64,000 bases of DNA from Ignavibacteriota bacterium (GTDB lineage: Bacteria > Bacteroidota > Ignavibacteria > UBA10030), in NCBI GenBank assembly GCA_963701295.1, contig OY969585.1, forward strand, positions 1,696,001 through 1,760,000, read 5' to 3'. The position numbers were made by a program, and so were the translations under genes. The notes beneath the pieces were generated by a model. The model searched no databases, was not told the DNA's origin, and saw only the letters and a program-made list of their open reading frames with translations. Below are positions 38,181 through 48,559 of this stretch, piece by piece. Position 1 is the stretch's first letter, and the number at the start of each line of letters is the position of its first letter.

Positions 38181-39887
38181 GTGAATAGGTCATTAATGTT
38201 CGTTTTATGTTTTTTTATTACTCTATGTTTTATTTTATCTGCGCAGGACAAAAAAATGTTCACAAATCCAATCCTAGCTGGATTTTACCCTGATCCGAGT
38301 ATTTGCAGAGTCGGCGGCGATTATTTTCTGGTGAACTCTACGTTTTCCTACTTCCCGGGAATCACAATATTTCAAAGCAAAGATCTCGTGAACTGGAAAC
38401 TCATTGGTTATGTTTTAGATAGACCAGAACAATTAAATTTGGAAGGCCAGGGAGTCTCTCGAGGCATTTATGCTCCAGCAATAAGGTATCATAATGGTAC
38501 GTATTATGTGACTTGTACATTAGTTGATATCGGTGGAAATTTTGTAGTCACTTCAAAATCGGCTTCTGGTCCATGGTCTAATCCAGTCTGGATTCCTCAA
38601 ATTAATGGGATAGACCCTTCTCTGTTTTTTGACAAAAATGGAAAGGCATACATACTCTATAATAGTGTACCTCCAGGCGATAAGCCGCTTTATAATGGAC
38701 ACAGAACATTGAGAATGTACGAATTTGACATTGAGAATCTTAAAGTGGTCGGTGAAGAAAAAATTTTAGTCAATGGCGGAGTAGACATTAGTAAAAGACC
38801 TGCTTGGATAGAAGGACCTCATATTTTTCAAAAGGACAATTATTACTATCTGATCGCTGCCGAAGGTGGCACAGGTGATCAACACTCCGTGGTCGTATTT
38901 AGAAGTAAAAGTGTTGACGGTCCATATATCCCTTATGAAAAGAATCCCAGTTTAACTCAAAGACACTTGGATCCCAAAAGGAATAACCCTATCACATCAA
39001 CTGGACATGCGGATTTTGTCCAGACCGAAGCAGGAGACTGGTGGGCGGTTTTTTTAGGATGCAGACCATACGGTCCATTTGAAGAAGGATATATTAACAC
39101 CGGTAGAGAAACCTTTTTGGCTCCTGTAAAATGGGAGGAAGGTTGGCCCGTTATAACTAAAGGAAAGGAAGAAGTACAATATCATTATCCTCTTCCCATG
39201 CCGTTGAATATCAAAGGCATTGAGAGACCTTACAGCGGGAACTTTACATGGAGAGATGAGTTTAACAAAGAAAGTCTGTGCCGTGACTGGGTGTTCTTAA
39301 GAACACCAAAAGAAAAATGGTACGATTTGAAACAAACGCCAGGTTCTTTGTCGATACAATTAAGACCGGAATCATGTTCTGGAAATGGCAATCCAAGTTT
39401 TTTAGGTTTTCGACAACAACATCTTTGTGGATCCGCAAGTACTGAAATCGATTTTGCGCCAAAGGCGGAAAATGAAAAAGCCGGATTGTTAGTTTTTCAA
39501 AACGAGCAGCACTTCTATTTCCTCTGCAAATCACTGGAAGGTAATCAACCAGTAGTTCAGCTCTATAAATCCGGTGACAATAAAAGTTCCGATGACCCAA
39601 AGGAGTTGATAACTTCTCAAAAAATTCAAAATGAAGAGAAGGGAAAAAAATTGTTGCTCAAAATAGAAGCTCAAGGGTCTGTGTATTCCTTTTCTTATGC
39701 ATATGAGCCTCAGAAATGGATCCTCTTAAAAGATAGTGTTGACGCCAGATTCTTAAGCACAAGAGTTTCAGGAGGATTTGTAGGCTGTATGTATGCTTTG
39801 TATGCGACCTCTATGGGCAAATCCAGCAAAAATGTATCCAAATATAATTGGTTTGAATATCGCGGAGATGATGAAGTATACAGATGA
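38181..39887 (+). CDS. GH43 beta-xylosidase/alpha-L-arabinofuranosidase with C-terminal beta-sandwich
   Basis: NPILAGFYPDPSICRVG, GIYAP, GIDPSLF, WIEGPH, GHAD, GRETFL. GTG start follows AGGAG; signal peptide present. Confidence 0.93.
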   Translation: MNRSLMFVLCFFITLCFILSAQDKKMFTNPILAGFYPDPSICRVGGDYFLVNSTFSYFPGITIFQSKDLVNWKLIGYVLDRPEQLNLEGQGVSRGIYAPAIRYHNGTYYVTCTLVDIGGNFVVTSKSASGPWSNPVWIPQINGIDPSLFFDKNGKAYILYNSVPPGDKPLYNGHRTLRMYEFDIENLKVVGEEKILVNGGVDISKRPAWIEGPHIFQKDNYYYLIAAEGGTGDQHSVVVFRSKSVDGPYIPYEKNPSLTQRHLDPKRNNPITSTGHADFVQTEAGDWWAVFLGCRPYGPFEEGYINTGRETFLAPVKWEEGWPVITKGKEEVQYHYPLPMPLNIKGIERPYSGNFTWRDEFNKESLCRDWVFLRTPKEKWYDLKQTPGSLSIQLRPESCSGNGNPSFLGFRQQHLCGSASTEIDFAPKAENEKAGLLVFQNEQHFYFLCKSLEGNQPVVQLYKSGDNKSSDDPKELITSQKIQNEEKGKKLLLKIEAQGSVYSFSYAYEPQKWILLKDSVDARFLSTRVSGGFVGCMYALYATSMGKSSKNVSKYNWFEYRGDDEVYR

Positions 39888-40378
39888 TTTATTTTTGATA
39901 ACCCTTTTCACAGTACGCAGTATCGGTTCACTCATTGTAAGAGATGGTCTATATTATTCATAATGAATCATACATCATTGTTTTCGTATCGAAATAAATC
40001 TAGTATTTTTGAATATTAAAGAGATTTTCAAAATGAATTTCTTTTCATGGTTCGTTGAGAAGGAAAGCAATTTTTGCAGGGCTGAATTTTCTTTTCTGCT
40101 GTCACCCAGTTCGAATATTTCATTTGTGCCGGGTATCAGGTACCTCTTTCTAAAAGAGTGGTCTATGGTAATAATCGAGCAGACTTTTTCTTCTTTGGCG
40201 GCGGTATCGTCCAGGGAGTTCTTATTCTCAAACCCGATTTTCCTGAAAATAAAGAAGAATGGCCGTTCTTTTGGGGGAGGAATTGAATATGTGATTGGAG
40301 GGGATCCATCATACATATGCTTGGTACGCACTGTTGGGGATATTCTACAAGAGAAAAAATAGAAAGCTGGAGTATGCC

Positions 40379-41578
40379 ATGAAACAAACATGTGCACTTG
40401 TCGGTGTTGGAATAGGGCTTGTTTGCGGAATTCTTTTTGCACAACAGCCGCATCTTCCCCAAAACTATCCTCCGGGATTATACGATGAATCCAAAGTCCC
40501 AAAGTATACATTGCCAGATCCATTGACATTACTCAACGGCGATAAGGTAACTGACATAAGAATCTGGAAGGAGAAACGAAGGCCAGAGATATTGAGACTC
40601 TTTGAAATCAATGTTTATGGAAAGACCATGATTGGTAAACCTAAGGAAATGACGTGGGAAGTTACATTGGAAGACAGGAAGGCAATGCATGATTCGGTAA
40701 TTGTAAAGAAAGTAACGATTTACTTCACTGCAAAAAAAGACTGGCCAAAGATGGAACTGAATATTGTCCTTCCCAATCATACGTCTCGACCTGTTCCAGT
40801 ATTCTTTGTTCCAGGATGGATGCGCAATCAGGAGCTGCTTCTGAAGCGCGGATATGGCCTTGTAAACTTTAATCCATGGGAAATAGAACCAGATAGAAAA
40901 GACAGTGCATACGAAAAAAGTATTCGCAAGTTCTTTGCTCGTCCCGGTCAAATGCAACCAGATTCCAACGAATGGGGAGCAATTGGAGCTTGGGCTTGGG
41001 CGATGAGCCGTGCAATGGATTACATTGAAACCGATTCTGATATCGATGCATATAAAGTATGTATCATGGGTGTATCACGGTTTGGAAAAGTTGTTATGTG
41101 GGCAGGGGCTCAAGATGAGCGATTTGCGATTGTCTTCTCTTGTGAATCCGGTTGCGGTGGTGCGATTATCGTTCGTCGCGGATTTGGCGAAACAGTCAAA
41201 TCGATTAATGGTTACGCCCCTCATTGGTTCAACAGTAATTTCAAAGAATATGGTGATCGGGTCAATGATCTCCCTGTTGATTGGCACATGCTCGTTGCAT
41301 TGATGGCGCCAAGACCTGTTTATATTGCAACAGCTGAGGAAGATTACTGGGGCGATCCGCGCGGCTCATTTCTTTCAGGGAAATATGCTGAACCAGTTTA
41401 TAAGCTATTTGGAAAAGGCGGACTTAGCGTAGATAGTATGCCTGCGGTAGGAATTTCTGTAGGCGACTTTATTGGTTATCATAACAGGAAGGGCGGGCAC
41501 GGATTAAACGAATACGATTGGGAGCAGTTTCTCAAATTTGCAGATCATCATTTTGGCATTACGAAAGACGAAAGGTAA
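40379..41578 (+). CDS. CE15-family glucuronoyl-esterase-like protein
   Basis: YTLPDPL, RRPEIL, WGAIGAWAWAMSRAMDY, nucleophile motif GVSRFGK, SGCGG, LPVDWH, WGDPRG; signal peptide. Confidence 0.85.
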   Translation: MKQTCALVGVGIGLVCGILFAQQPHLPQNYPPGLYDESKVPKYTLPDPLTLLNGDKVTDIRIWKEKRRPEILRLFEINVYGKTMIGKPKEMTWEVTLEDRKAMHDSVIVKKVTIYFTAKKDWPKMELNIVLPNHTSRPVPVFFVPGWMRNQELLLKRGYGLVNFNPWEIEPDRKDSAYEKSIRKFFARPGQMQPDSNEWGAIGAWAWAMSRAMDYIETDSDIDAYKVCIMGVSRFGKVVMWAGAQDERFAIVFSCESGCGGAIIVRRGFGETVKSINGYAPHWFNSNFKEYGDRVNDLPVDWHMLVALMAPRPVYIATAEEDYWGDPRGSFLSGKYAEPVYKLFGKGGLSVDSMPAVGISVGDFIGYHNRKGGHGLNEYDWEQFLKFADHHFGITKDER

Positions 41579-41825
41579 TTCTTAATACTCTCCAATAGAA
41601 GAACTTCAAAAAAATTCTTATAAAGAAACAGAGTTAATCAGACAAATTATTCAAAATGAAGATTCAACTTCTCCCATTTCTTTTGATTACAATGCTGAGT
41701 GGCGCAGTCGTTAGTGCAAAAAGTTGATGATATCCCGCATCTCAAAAAACAGGAAACTGCTTAATAGCTAATCACTTATAAATTGTGATATTCAAAGAGT
41801 CTTTCTCTAGGGGATTCTTTTCTTC

Positions 41826-41879
41826 TTGACATTTAGAAAAAAAATCATTACTTACACGAGTAAGTAATCGAGTAAGTAA
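41826..41879 (+). promoter_or_regulatory. Promoter with palindromic operator TTACTTAC-ACGA-GTAAGTAA (predicted LacI-2 site)
   Basis: TTGACA at 41826-41831; palindrome 41848-41867; direct repeat CGAGTAAGTAA at 41857 and 41869. Confidence 0.65.
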
Positions 41880-41886
41880 GGATATT

Positions 41887-42900
41887 ATGGCATTTCATAC
41901 TCAAACAGATATCGCAAATAAACTCAAAGTCTCACGCGTGACAATTTCAAAAGCTCTTCGGGATCATCCTGATATTTCTCCTGAAATGAAAAGGCGTGTG
42001 AAAGAAGCTGCCGAAGAATTTGGATATACTCCAAATCTTATCGCTAAAAACTTAACCACAAAGAAAACTCTCACCATTGGAATTGTTGTTCCCGATCTTG
42101 AAAATAGTTTTTTTTCATATGCCGTAGATAGTATAATCGATGCTGCTTCGGAACATCATTACCATACGATTCTTACAGTCTCGAGGGAAAACGAGCAGAA
42201 TGAAAAGTCTAACATTCAAAGTTTGATAGGTATGCGAGTCGACGGGTTATTGGTCTGCGTCTCTCAACGTACGTCCGATCCTCATGTCTTCGAAGAAGTG
42301 AAAAAAAAGAATATTCCATTTGTTTTCTTTGATCGTCAACTAGAAGGGATAGGTTTTAAAAGTATCACATTCAATGACAAGATTGGTGCAATCGATGCTC
42401 TAGATCAAATCATTAAAAATGGGTATTCACGCATTGCACACTTTGCTGGATATATGAATGTTAGCATCGGCCAGAAACGGTGTGAAGGATATAGAAACGC
42501 TTTAGAGAATAATGGATTGAAGGTTGATCCGGCTTGGATTCTTGAGGCAGGATTTGAAATACAGGACGGATACAATTCCTTCATGAAATTATATCAAACA
42601 AAGAAAATACCTGAAATCATTTTTGCAGTGAATGATCGTGTGGCATTAGGTGCATACAAAGCGATACAGGAAGTTGGCATGGCCATTCCAAAAGATATCG
42701 GCATAATGGGATTTGGATTTAACGAAACCGCGCAGATGTTTTCACCGACATTGTCAATTATTCATCAAGATCCTCGTAAACTTGGAACTGCTGCGTTGAA
42801 TGTACTCATCGAAGAGATACAAAACATTGGTCAGAAAAAACCTCGTCAAGTTACTATAGAAGAAGAATTTATTTGGAACAATTCAATTATAAAAAAATAA
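41887..42900 (+). CDS. LacI-family transcriptional regulator (LacI-2)
   Basis: TQTDIANKLKVSRVTISKAL HTH; YTPNLIA; VDGL; FAVNDRVA; IPKDIGIMGF. Confidence 0.95.
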   Translation: MAFHTQTDIANKLKVSRVTISKALRDHPDISPEMKRRVKEAAEEFGYTPNLIAKNLTTKKTLTIGIVVPDLENSFFSYAVDSIIDAASEHHYHTILTVSRENEQNEKSNIQSLIGMRVDGLLVCVSQRTSDPHVFEEVKKKNIPFVFFDRQLEGIGFKSITFNDKIGAIDALDQIIKNGYSRIAHFAGYMNVSIGQKRCEGYRNALENNGLKVDPAWILEAGFEIQDGYNSFMKLYQTKKIPEIIFAVNDRVALGAYKAIQEVGMAIPKDIGIMGFGFNETAQMFSPTLSIIHQDPRKLGTAALNVLIEEIQNIGQKKPRQVTIEEEFIWNNSIIKK

Positions 42901-42916
42901 CATTGAGAATAAGATT

Positions 42917-43921
42917 ATGAAAAAAATCATTGTTGCTGGAGCCGGCGGGTTTATCGGCGGTCATTTGACAAAAGCATTGAGCACTATGGGGCACAAAGTG
43001 CGCGCAGTGGATATTAAACCGCTGAACAAATGGTATCAAGTTCATTCTGGCGTCGAAAATATGATCCTCGACTTGCGCGTCAAAGATAACTGTTATCAAG
43101 CAGTGAATGGTTGTAACGAGGTCTTCAATCTTGCAGCGGACATGGGTGGTATGGGATTTATAGAGACTCATAAAGCAGCATGCATGCTCAGTGTGTTGAT
43201 CAACACGCATATATTAATGGCAGCAAAGGACTGCGGGATTGACCGATTATTCTATGCATCATCTGCTTGTGTGTACAACGGAGAAAAGCAAACTGATCCC
43301 AACAATCCCGGACTCAAAGAAGCTGACGCATATCCGGCGCTTGCCGAAGATGGATATGGCTGGGAGAAACTATTCAGTGAACGCATGTGTCGTCATTTCA
43401 GTGAGGACTTTGGATTGGTGACACGTGTTGCACGATTTCACAATGTGTATGGACCGTTTGGCACATACGACGGTGGCAGAGAAAAAGCTCCGGCAGCTAT
43501 TTGCAGGAAGGTAATTGATGGGAAAATATATGGGAAGAAAGATATAGTGATTTGGGGGGACGGACATCAGACCAGAAGTTTTATGTACATCGATGATTGC
43601 GTCAAAGGTGTGCTTGATATTATGTACAGCACCATTATGGAACCGATCAATCTTGGTAGCAGTGAAATGGTTTCCATTAACCAATTAGTTGATTATGTGG
43701 AAGAGATTGCCAATTACAAGATGGAAAGGAAGTACGATCTGAAAGCGCCCAAAGGTGTTCGGGGACGCAATAGTGACAACACACTGATTAAGAAATATTT
43801 GGGCTGGGAACCATTCATCCCATTAAAGGTCGGACTAAAGAAAACGTATGATTGGATCAATGAACAAATGATGAGCAACAATGGAAAAGATAGCAAAGCA
43901 GTTGTATTCAATGAGAACTAA
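42917..43921 (+). CDS. GDP-mannose 3,5-epimerase-like extended SDR
   Basis: GAGGFIG, NLAADMGGMGFI, YASSACVY, YGWEK, RFHNVYGP, REKAPAAICRK, WGDG.QTRSF, PKGVRGRNSDN: the GME-type signatures. Confidence 0.85.
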   Translation: MKKIIVAGAGGFIGGHLTKALSTMGHKVRAVDIKPLNKWYQVHSGVENMILDLRVKDNCYQAVNGCNEVFNLAADMGGMGFIETHKAACMLSVLINTHILMAAKDCGIDRLFYASSACVYNGEKQTDPNNPGLKEADAYPALAEDGYGWEKLFSERMCRHFSEDFGLVTRVARFHNVYGPFGTYDGGREKAPAAICRKVIDGKIYGKKDIVIWGDGHQTRSFMYIDDCVKGVLDIMYSTIMEPINLGSSEMVSINQLVDYVEEIANYKMERKYDLKAPKGVRGRNSDNTLIKKYLGWEPFIPLKVGLKKTYDWINEQMMSNNGKDSKAVVFNEN

Positions 43922-43939
43922 GCCTTTGGAAACGATACA

Positions 43940-45076
43940 TTGAACGGAAAAAAAGTTCTCGTTAGCGGTTGTTATGATTTACTGCATGCTGGTCACATTG
44001 CTTTCTTCAAAACGGCCGCTCAGTTTGGCAAACTATTCGTAGCTGTCGGCGCGGATGAAAATGTTCGTTTGTTAAAAGGAAAGGCGCCATACTATTCTCA
44101 AGAAGAAAGAGTTTATATGGTTAACTCCGTCCGCTATGTCGAAAGCGCCTTTATTGCATCAGGTTCGGGTATGCTAGACTTTGGACCCGATATTGAACGG
44201 ATCAAACCCGATATTTTTATTGTGAACCACGATGGCCATACTCTAGACAAAGAAGCATTGTGCAAAAAATTCTGTATCGAATATAAAGTATTGGAAAGAA
44301 TTCCAGAACCGAGACTTCCGGTGCGGGCAAGTTCGTCTACAAAACAAGAATTACAATTTCCATATAGAATTTGTTTAGCCGGTGGTTGGATGGACCAACC
44401 ATGGGTTTCGGAAATTTATCCTGGTAGCGTTGTTGTTGCTCAATTGTGTCCGACAATTGAATTCAATGACCGTTCTGGTATGGCGACCAGTTCAAGAAAA
44501 ATCGCTGTTGAAATTTGGGGAAATAGACTTCCAGACGGAAATCCAATTAACAATGCAAGAATTTTATTCGGTGCTGAAAATCCTCCTGGTTCAAAGTACA
44601 TTTCCGGTTCACAAGATCACATTGGCTTGCTGAATCAGGGAATCAGCCGTCTTTATTATAAAGGCAAATATTGGCCTGATAAAATTGATTCTACAAGAGA
44701 CGAAGATATTTGCGATTGGCTTTCTAATGTAATTCATTTAATTCCCCTGGAACCTAGGCCGGTCGGCTATGATCCCCTCAAAGAGAAAAAACTTACTATC
44801 AACAATGTTAAAGAACTTGGCGATGCAGGCGAACAATGCTGGAAAAGCATTCTTCGGAAAGACGCCGCAGGTTTGGGCCAGTCGATGACAAAATCTTTTC
44901 TTGCATGGAAAAAGATGTTCCCTTACACTGTTCCGGAATATGTTATGAAAGAAATGGAAGAGAAATATTTACCTCATTATCTTGGTGCCATAACTTCTGG
45001 CAGTGGCGGAGGCTATATGGTTGTTGCGTCGGAAATAGAAATAGATGGATCTCTTAAAATCAAAGTTAGGTCATAA
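43940..45076 (+). CDS. Fusion of HxGH nucleotidyltransferase (cytidylyltransferase-like) and GHMP sugar kinase
   Basis: SGCYDLLHAGH at the N-terminus; PYRICLAGGWMD, GMATSS, GSQD and GSGGGY at the C-terminus. Confidence 0.8.
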   Translation: MNGKKVLVSGCYDLLHAGHIAFFKTAAQFGKLFVAVGADENVRLLKGKAPYYSQEERVYMVNSVRYVESAFIASGSGMLDFGPDIERIKPDIFIVNHDGHTLDKEALCKKFCIEYKVLERIPEPRLPVRASSSTKQELQFPYRICLAGGWMDQPWVSEIYPGSVVVAQLCPTIEFNDRSGMATSSRKIAVEIWGNRLPDGNPINNARILFGAENPPGSKYISGSQDHIGLLNQGISRLYYKGKYWPDKIDSTRDEDICDWLSNVIHLIPLEPRPVGYDPLKEKKLTINNVKELGDAGEQCWKSILRKDAAGLGQSMTKSFLAWKKMFPYTVPEYVMKEMEEKYLPHYLGAITSGSGGGYMVVASEIEIDGSLKIKVRS

Positions 45077-45167
45077 ATATTGAATAAATTCAAATGCTTT
45101 TACAAAACTGTATTTAAGATATATATATTTTTAGAATGCGTAGTCAATTATTTTAAAGGAAGTCATT

Positions 45168-46508
45168 ATGAATTTGTCCAAGATGTTTAAAACGGAAGAA
45201 GGTAAAAATTATGTATTCACGTTTGCACTCGTCAGCACATTATTCCTATTATGGGGAACTTGTAATGGAATGATCGATGTGATGGACAAGCACTTTCAGG
45301 ATCAGCTGCATCTGACGAAAGCACAGTCAGCATGGGTGCAGTTTGCACATTATTTGGGTTATCTTTTAATGGCCATGCCTGCAAGTTGGCTGGCGCGCAA
45401 ACTTGGTTATAAAGGCGGTATCATTTCAGGGCTGCTGCTCGTAGCGCTGGGCGGATTCTGGTTTGTCCCGGCTACATATATTTCGTCATTCTGGGCGTTC
45501 CTGCTGGGTGTGTGTGTCATCGCAATGGGATTGACAATTCTTGAGACGGTAGCTAATCCCTATACTACTGTGCTCGGTCCTAAGAACTTCGCAGCAGCGC
45601 GTATCAATTTTGCGCAATCGTTCAATGGCGTTGGTTGGATTTTCGGCCCGATCATTGGTGGAGTGTTCTTCTATTCTGCAGGTGGCTCAGAGGTCGCTCA
45701 AGGTCAACTCTACATTCCGTACCTTGCGGTGGCAGTCATCGTCCTTGCTATGTCCGTGGTCTTCTTCTTCGCCAACGTCCCCGACCTTAATACGGAGGAT
45801 GAGTATCACTTAAGTGATACAACTGCAACCAATGTCAAGCGGTCCATCTGGTCACACCCCCACTTCATCGGCGCAGTCGCAGCTCAGTTCTTATACGTCG
45901 CGGCGCAAGCGGGCATTTTTAGTTTTTTCATTAACTATATAACTGAGGAAATGCCTTCAATTTCGCATGGACTATCAAGCAGTTGGTTCTTTAAAGACCG
46001 CGCTATGTTGCGTGAAGGTGCTTACTACGTGAACGAGCAAGGAGCTACTTTTCTGCTCGGTACAATTGGATTTCCGCTCTTCCTGATCGGCCGCGCCACG
46101 GGGGCGGCAATTCTGAGGAAATTGAAAGCGCATCGGGTGCTGGGTACGTACGCAATTGCTAATGTTTTTCTCTGCGGCATTGTCATTCTTAGACTTGGTT
46201 GGATTTCGGTTGCAGCGATGTTTCTGAGTTTTTTTTTCATGTCGATTATGTTTCCGACGATATTCGCACTTGGTATCTACGGTCTTGGCGTACAGGCGAA
46301 GAGAGCATCAGGTTTCATCGTCATGGCTATTATTGGCGGAGCAATCATGCCGAAGCTTATGGGTTACCTCGGAGATGTCTACAATATGTCTGTCAGCTTT
46401 CTCATGCCACTAGGTTGCTTCGCGCTCATCGCGATGTATGGATATTCGTGGCCTAGACTGAGCAAGGCGGATGCTCAAGAAAGTTTTTCCAGTGTAAAAG
46501 GACACTGA
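45168..46508 (+). CDS. FucP-like MFS sugar:H+ symporter
   Basis: LFLLWG, LETVANPY, RINFAQSFNG, AQFLYVAAQ, MSIMFPTIF, VMAIIGGA. Confidence 0.9.
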   Translation: MNLSKMFKTEEGKNYVFTFALVSTLFLLWGTCNGMIDVMDKHFQDQLHLTKAQSAWVQFAHYLGYLLMAMPASWLARKLGYKGGIISGLLLVALGGFWFVPATYISSFWAFLLGVCVIAMGLTILETVANPYTTVLGPKNFAAARINFAQSFNGVGWIFGPIIGGVFFYSAGGSEVAQGQLYIPYLAVAVIVLAMSVVFFFANVPDLNTEDEYHLSDTTATNVKRSIWSHPHFIGAVAAQFLYVAAQAGIFSFFINYITEEMPSISHGLSSSWFFKDRAMLREGAYYVNEQGATFLLGTIGFPLFLIGRATGAAILRKLKAHRVLGTYAIANVFLCGIVILRLGWISVAAMFLSFFFMSIMFPTIFALGIYGLGVQAKRASGFIVMAIIGGAIMPKLMGYLGDVYNMSVSFLMPLGCFALIAMYGYSWPRLSKADAQESFSSVKGH

Positions 46509-46556
46509 ATGTGAAGGTAAGACAACATTAAGAAGAATTTTATCTTATTTCATAGG

Positions 46557-48112
46557 ATGAAAATTATTCAATAGAATCACAGACTATAACCAAACCGTCA
46601 GAGAACCCTCTCAAAGTATTTATTAATCCCCCCGAATGTGCAGAGCCTTGTGTTTTGTGGATGCGGATAGGGTCGAACATAAGTAAAGAAGGCATTACGA
46701 AAGATCTGGAAGCTTTGAAAAAAGCAGGATTTAAGAGAACAATTATGTTCAGTCTGGCAGATATTACTACTCCTTGGGTCAGTGAGTATAGACAAGAGCC
46801 CGACACCGGAAATTATTTCCTGGACAGAACCCTTGTGGAAATTGGTGCACCATGCAGTGGAAGAATCAGAACGCTTGGGTATGGATTTTGGCGTGTTCAA
46901 TGGCCCAAGTTATGAATCAAGCGGTGGTGTATGGATGACACCTGAGTTATCGATGCAGGAAATTTGCTGGTCTCAAAAAAGGAATGCCGGCGACAAACAT
47001 ATAAGTATAATTCTTGACCGGGCTTCTGTTGATCCCCATGCGAACCATCCTTATCCTTTATTTAATCCCAAAAACAGGCTTAGTAGAAAAGCCGATAATA
47101 GAGGCACGGAAAACGTACTACAAAGATATTACAGGTACTGGCAGTTCCGGCAAAGGGAATAGTTTCCCAAAAAGTATCATTAGTCTGACCGAAAAGATGA
47201 AATCAAATGGGTAGTTGGGATGGGATGCTCTAACCGGAGACTGGATAATCTATAGGTTTGGCTATACAACGGGGGGGCGTTAATACAGCCTGCACAATGG
47301 AAGGCGACAGGTTTAGAATGCGATAAAATAAGCCAGAATGCAGTAGATTTCCACATGAATCATGTGTGATAGGTGAAATTCGAATTTAAAGTATATTCAC
47401 AGAAATAGTGATAAATATGGATGTATATTTTGTTGCGAATACAGCTTGCGAAGCCGGTTCTGCAACTTATACTTTTAAAATATTGGGGATGCAACCTGAT
47501 CTTTGGGACCTGTTACTGGAGCGATGCGAAGTCTCTCACAATTTGAAATCAGTAATGACATAACTTTAATTCCACTTAATTTTGCTGAGGCTCAAAGTTT
47601 TTTTTATCGTCTTTCGGAATAAATCTCCCAGTTCAGGTTCAAGTGGAAAAAGTATTTTTCCTTCCATGAAAGAAATAGTGACTATTAATGAACCATGGCA
47701 GGTTCAATTTGATTCTGCATAGGGAAGTCCTGCCAAACCTGTTACTTTTACAACACTCATTGACTGGACAAACCATCCTGAACCAGGCATTAAGTACTTT
47801 AGTGGTACAGCAGTTTACCAAACATCGTTCGATATACCTACTTCACAAATCTCAGATAAACTTTCTGTATTGAAGTCACTAATGTATGGGTCAACCGCTT
47901 ATAGGAAACGAACAGGAGCCCGCTGATTGCAAATGGTCAGCAGGTCATTTTGGAGGTTCCTTTTTACAAGAATTCCCTGATCGGTTCCTAAAAAATCAAT
48001 CTCGCCCTTCTAAGGAGGATATTGTTCTACAACTTGGAATTATTTTACCAACGATTCCTCATTAATTCCTTCCGGTTTGTTAGGACCCGCGAGGATAATG
48101 GCAGGGGATTAA
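46557..48112 (+). pseudogene. GH106 alpha-L-rhamnosidase-like pseudogene
   Basis: Fragments in shifting frames: FINPP, NISKEGITKDLEALKKAG, SSGGVWMTPELSMQ, GLECDK, DVYFVAN, IKYFSGTAVY, NRLIG, PSGLLGP. Many frameshifts and stops, plus large internal deletions. Confidence 0.8.
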
Positions 48113-48359
48113 CCAAGATGAATGATTTAAGTAAATAATGAATGATCTCTTTAAAAATAAAACGTTTGCATATATTTAGAAAAAATTGTCATTAAACAGT
48201 TTTTAAAAAACTTTGAGATTTTGATATTATAAGAATCTAACAAATCAGTTAATACTTCTACGGAAGAACATATCATTTAAGTATCGCGAATACTCGAAAG
48301 ACTAACAGCAACTTCCATCTCGTATCAACTGATAGTGTAAATGATCACCTCTATAGAAT

Positions 48360-48540
48360 ACTAGAAGTCATCTCAAAATACGTTGTCACTCCCGAAAGTT
48401 TCAATCGGGAGTCCAGGGTTTTGGATATCCGACTGACTTCGCCGAGATCTCATTTCGATTTCTTAATCGAAAAGGACTTAAAATCCGCAGGTATGACAAG
48501 AGTATTTTGGCACGTCATCATTTTTGAAATAGGTTCTAGT
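48360..48540. mobile_element. MITE-like element with terminal inverted repeats enclosing a palindromic repeat
   Basis: Left end actagaagtcatctcaaaa; right end ttttgaaataggttctagt. Internal tgtcactcccga...tcgggagtcca...gtatgaca. No ORF. Confidence 0.6.
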
Positions 48541-48559
48541 TTGAACGGCAATTTTTCTC

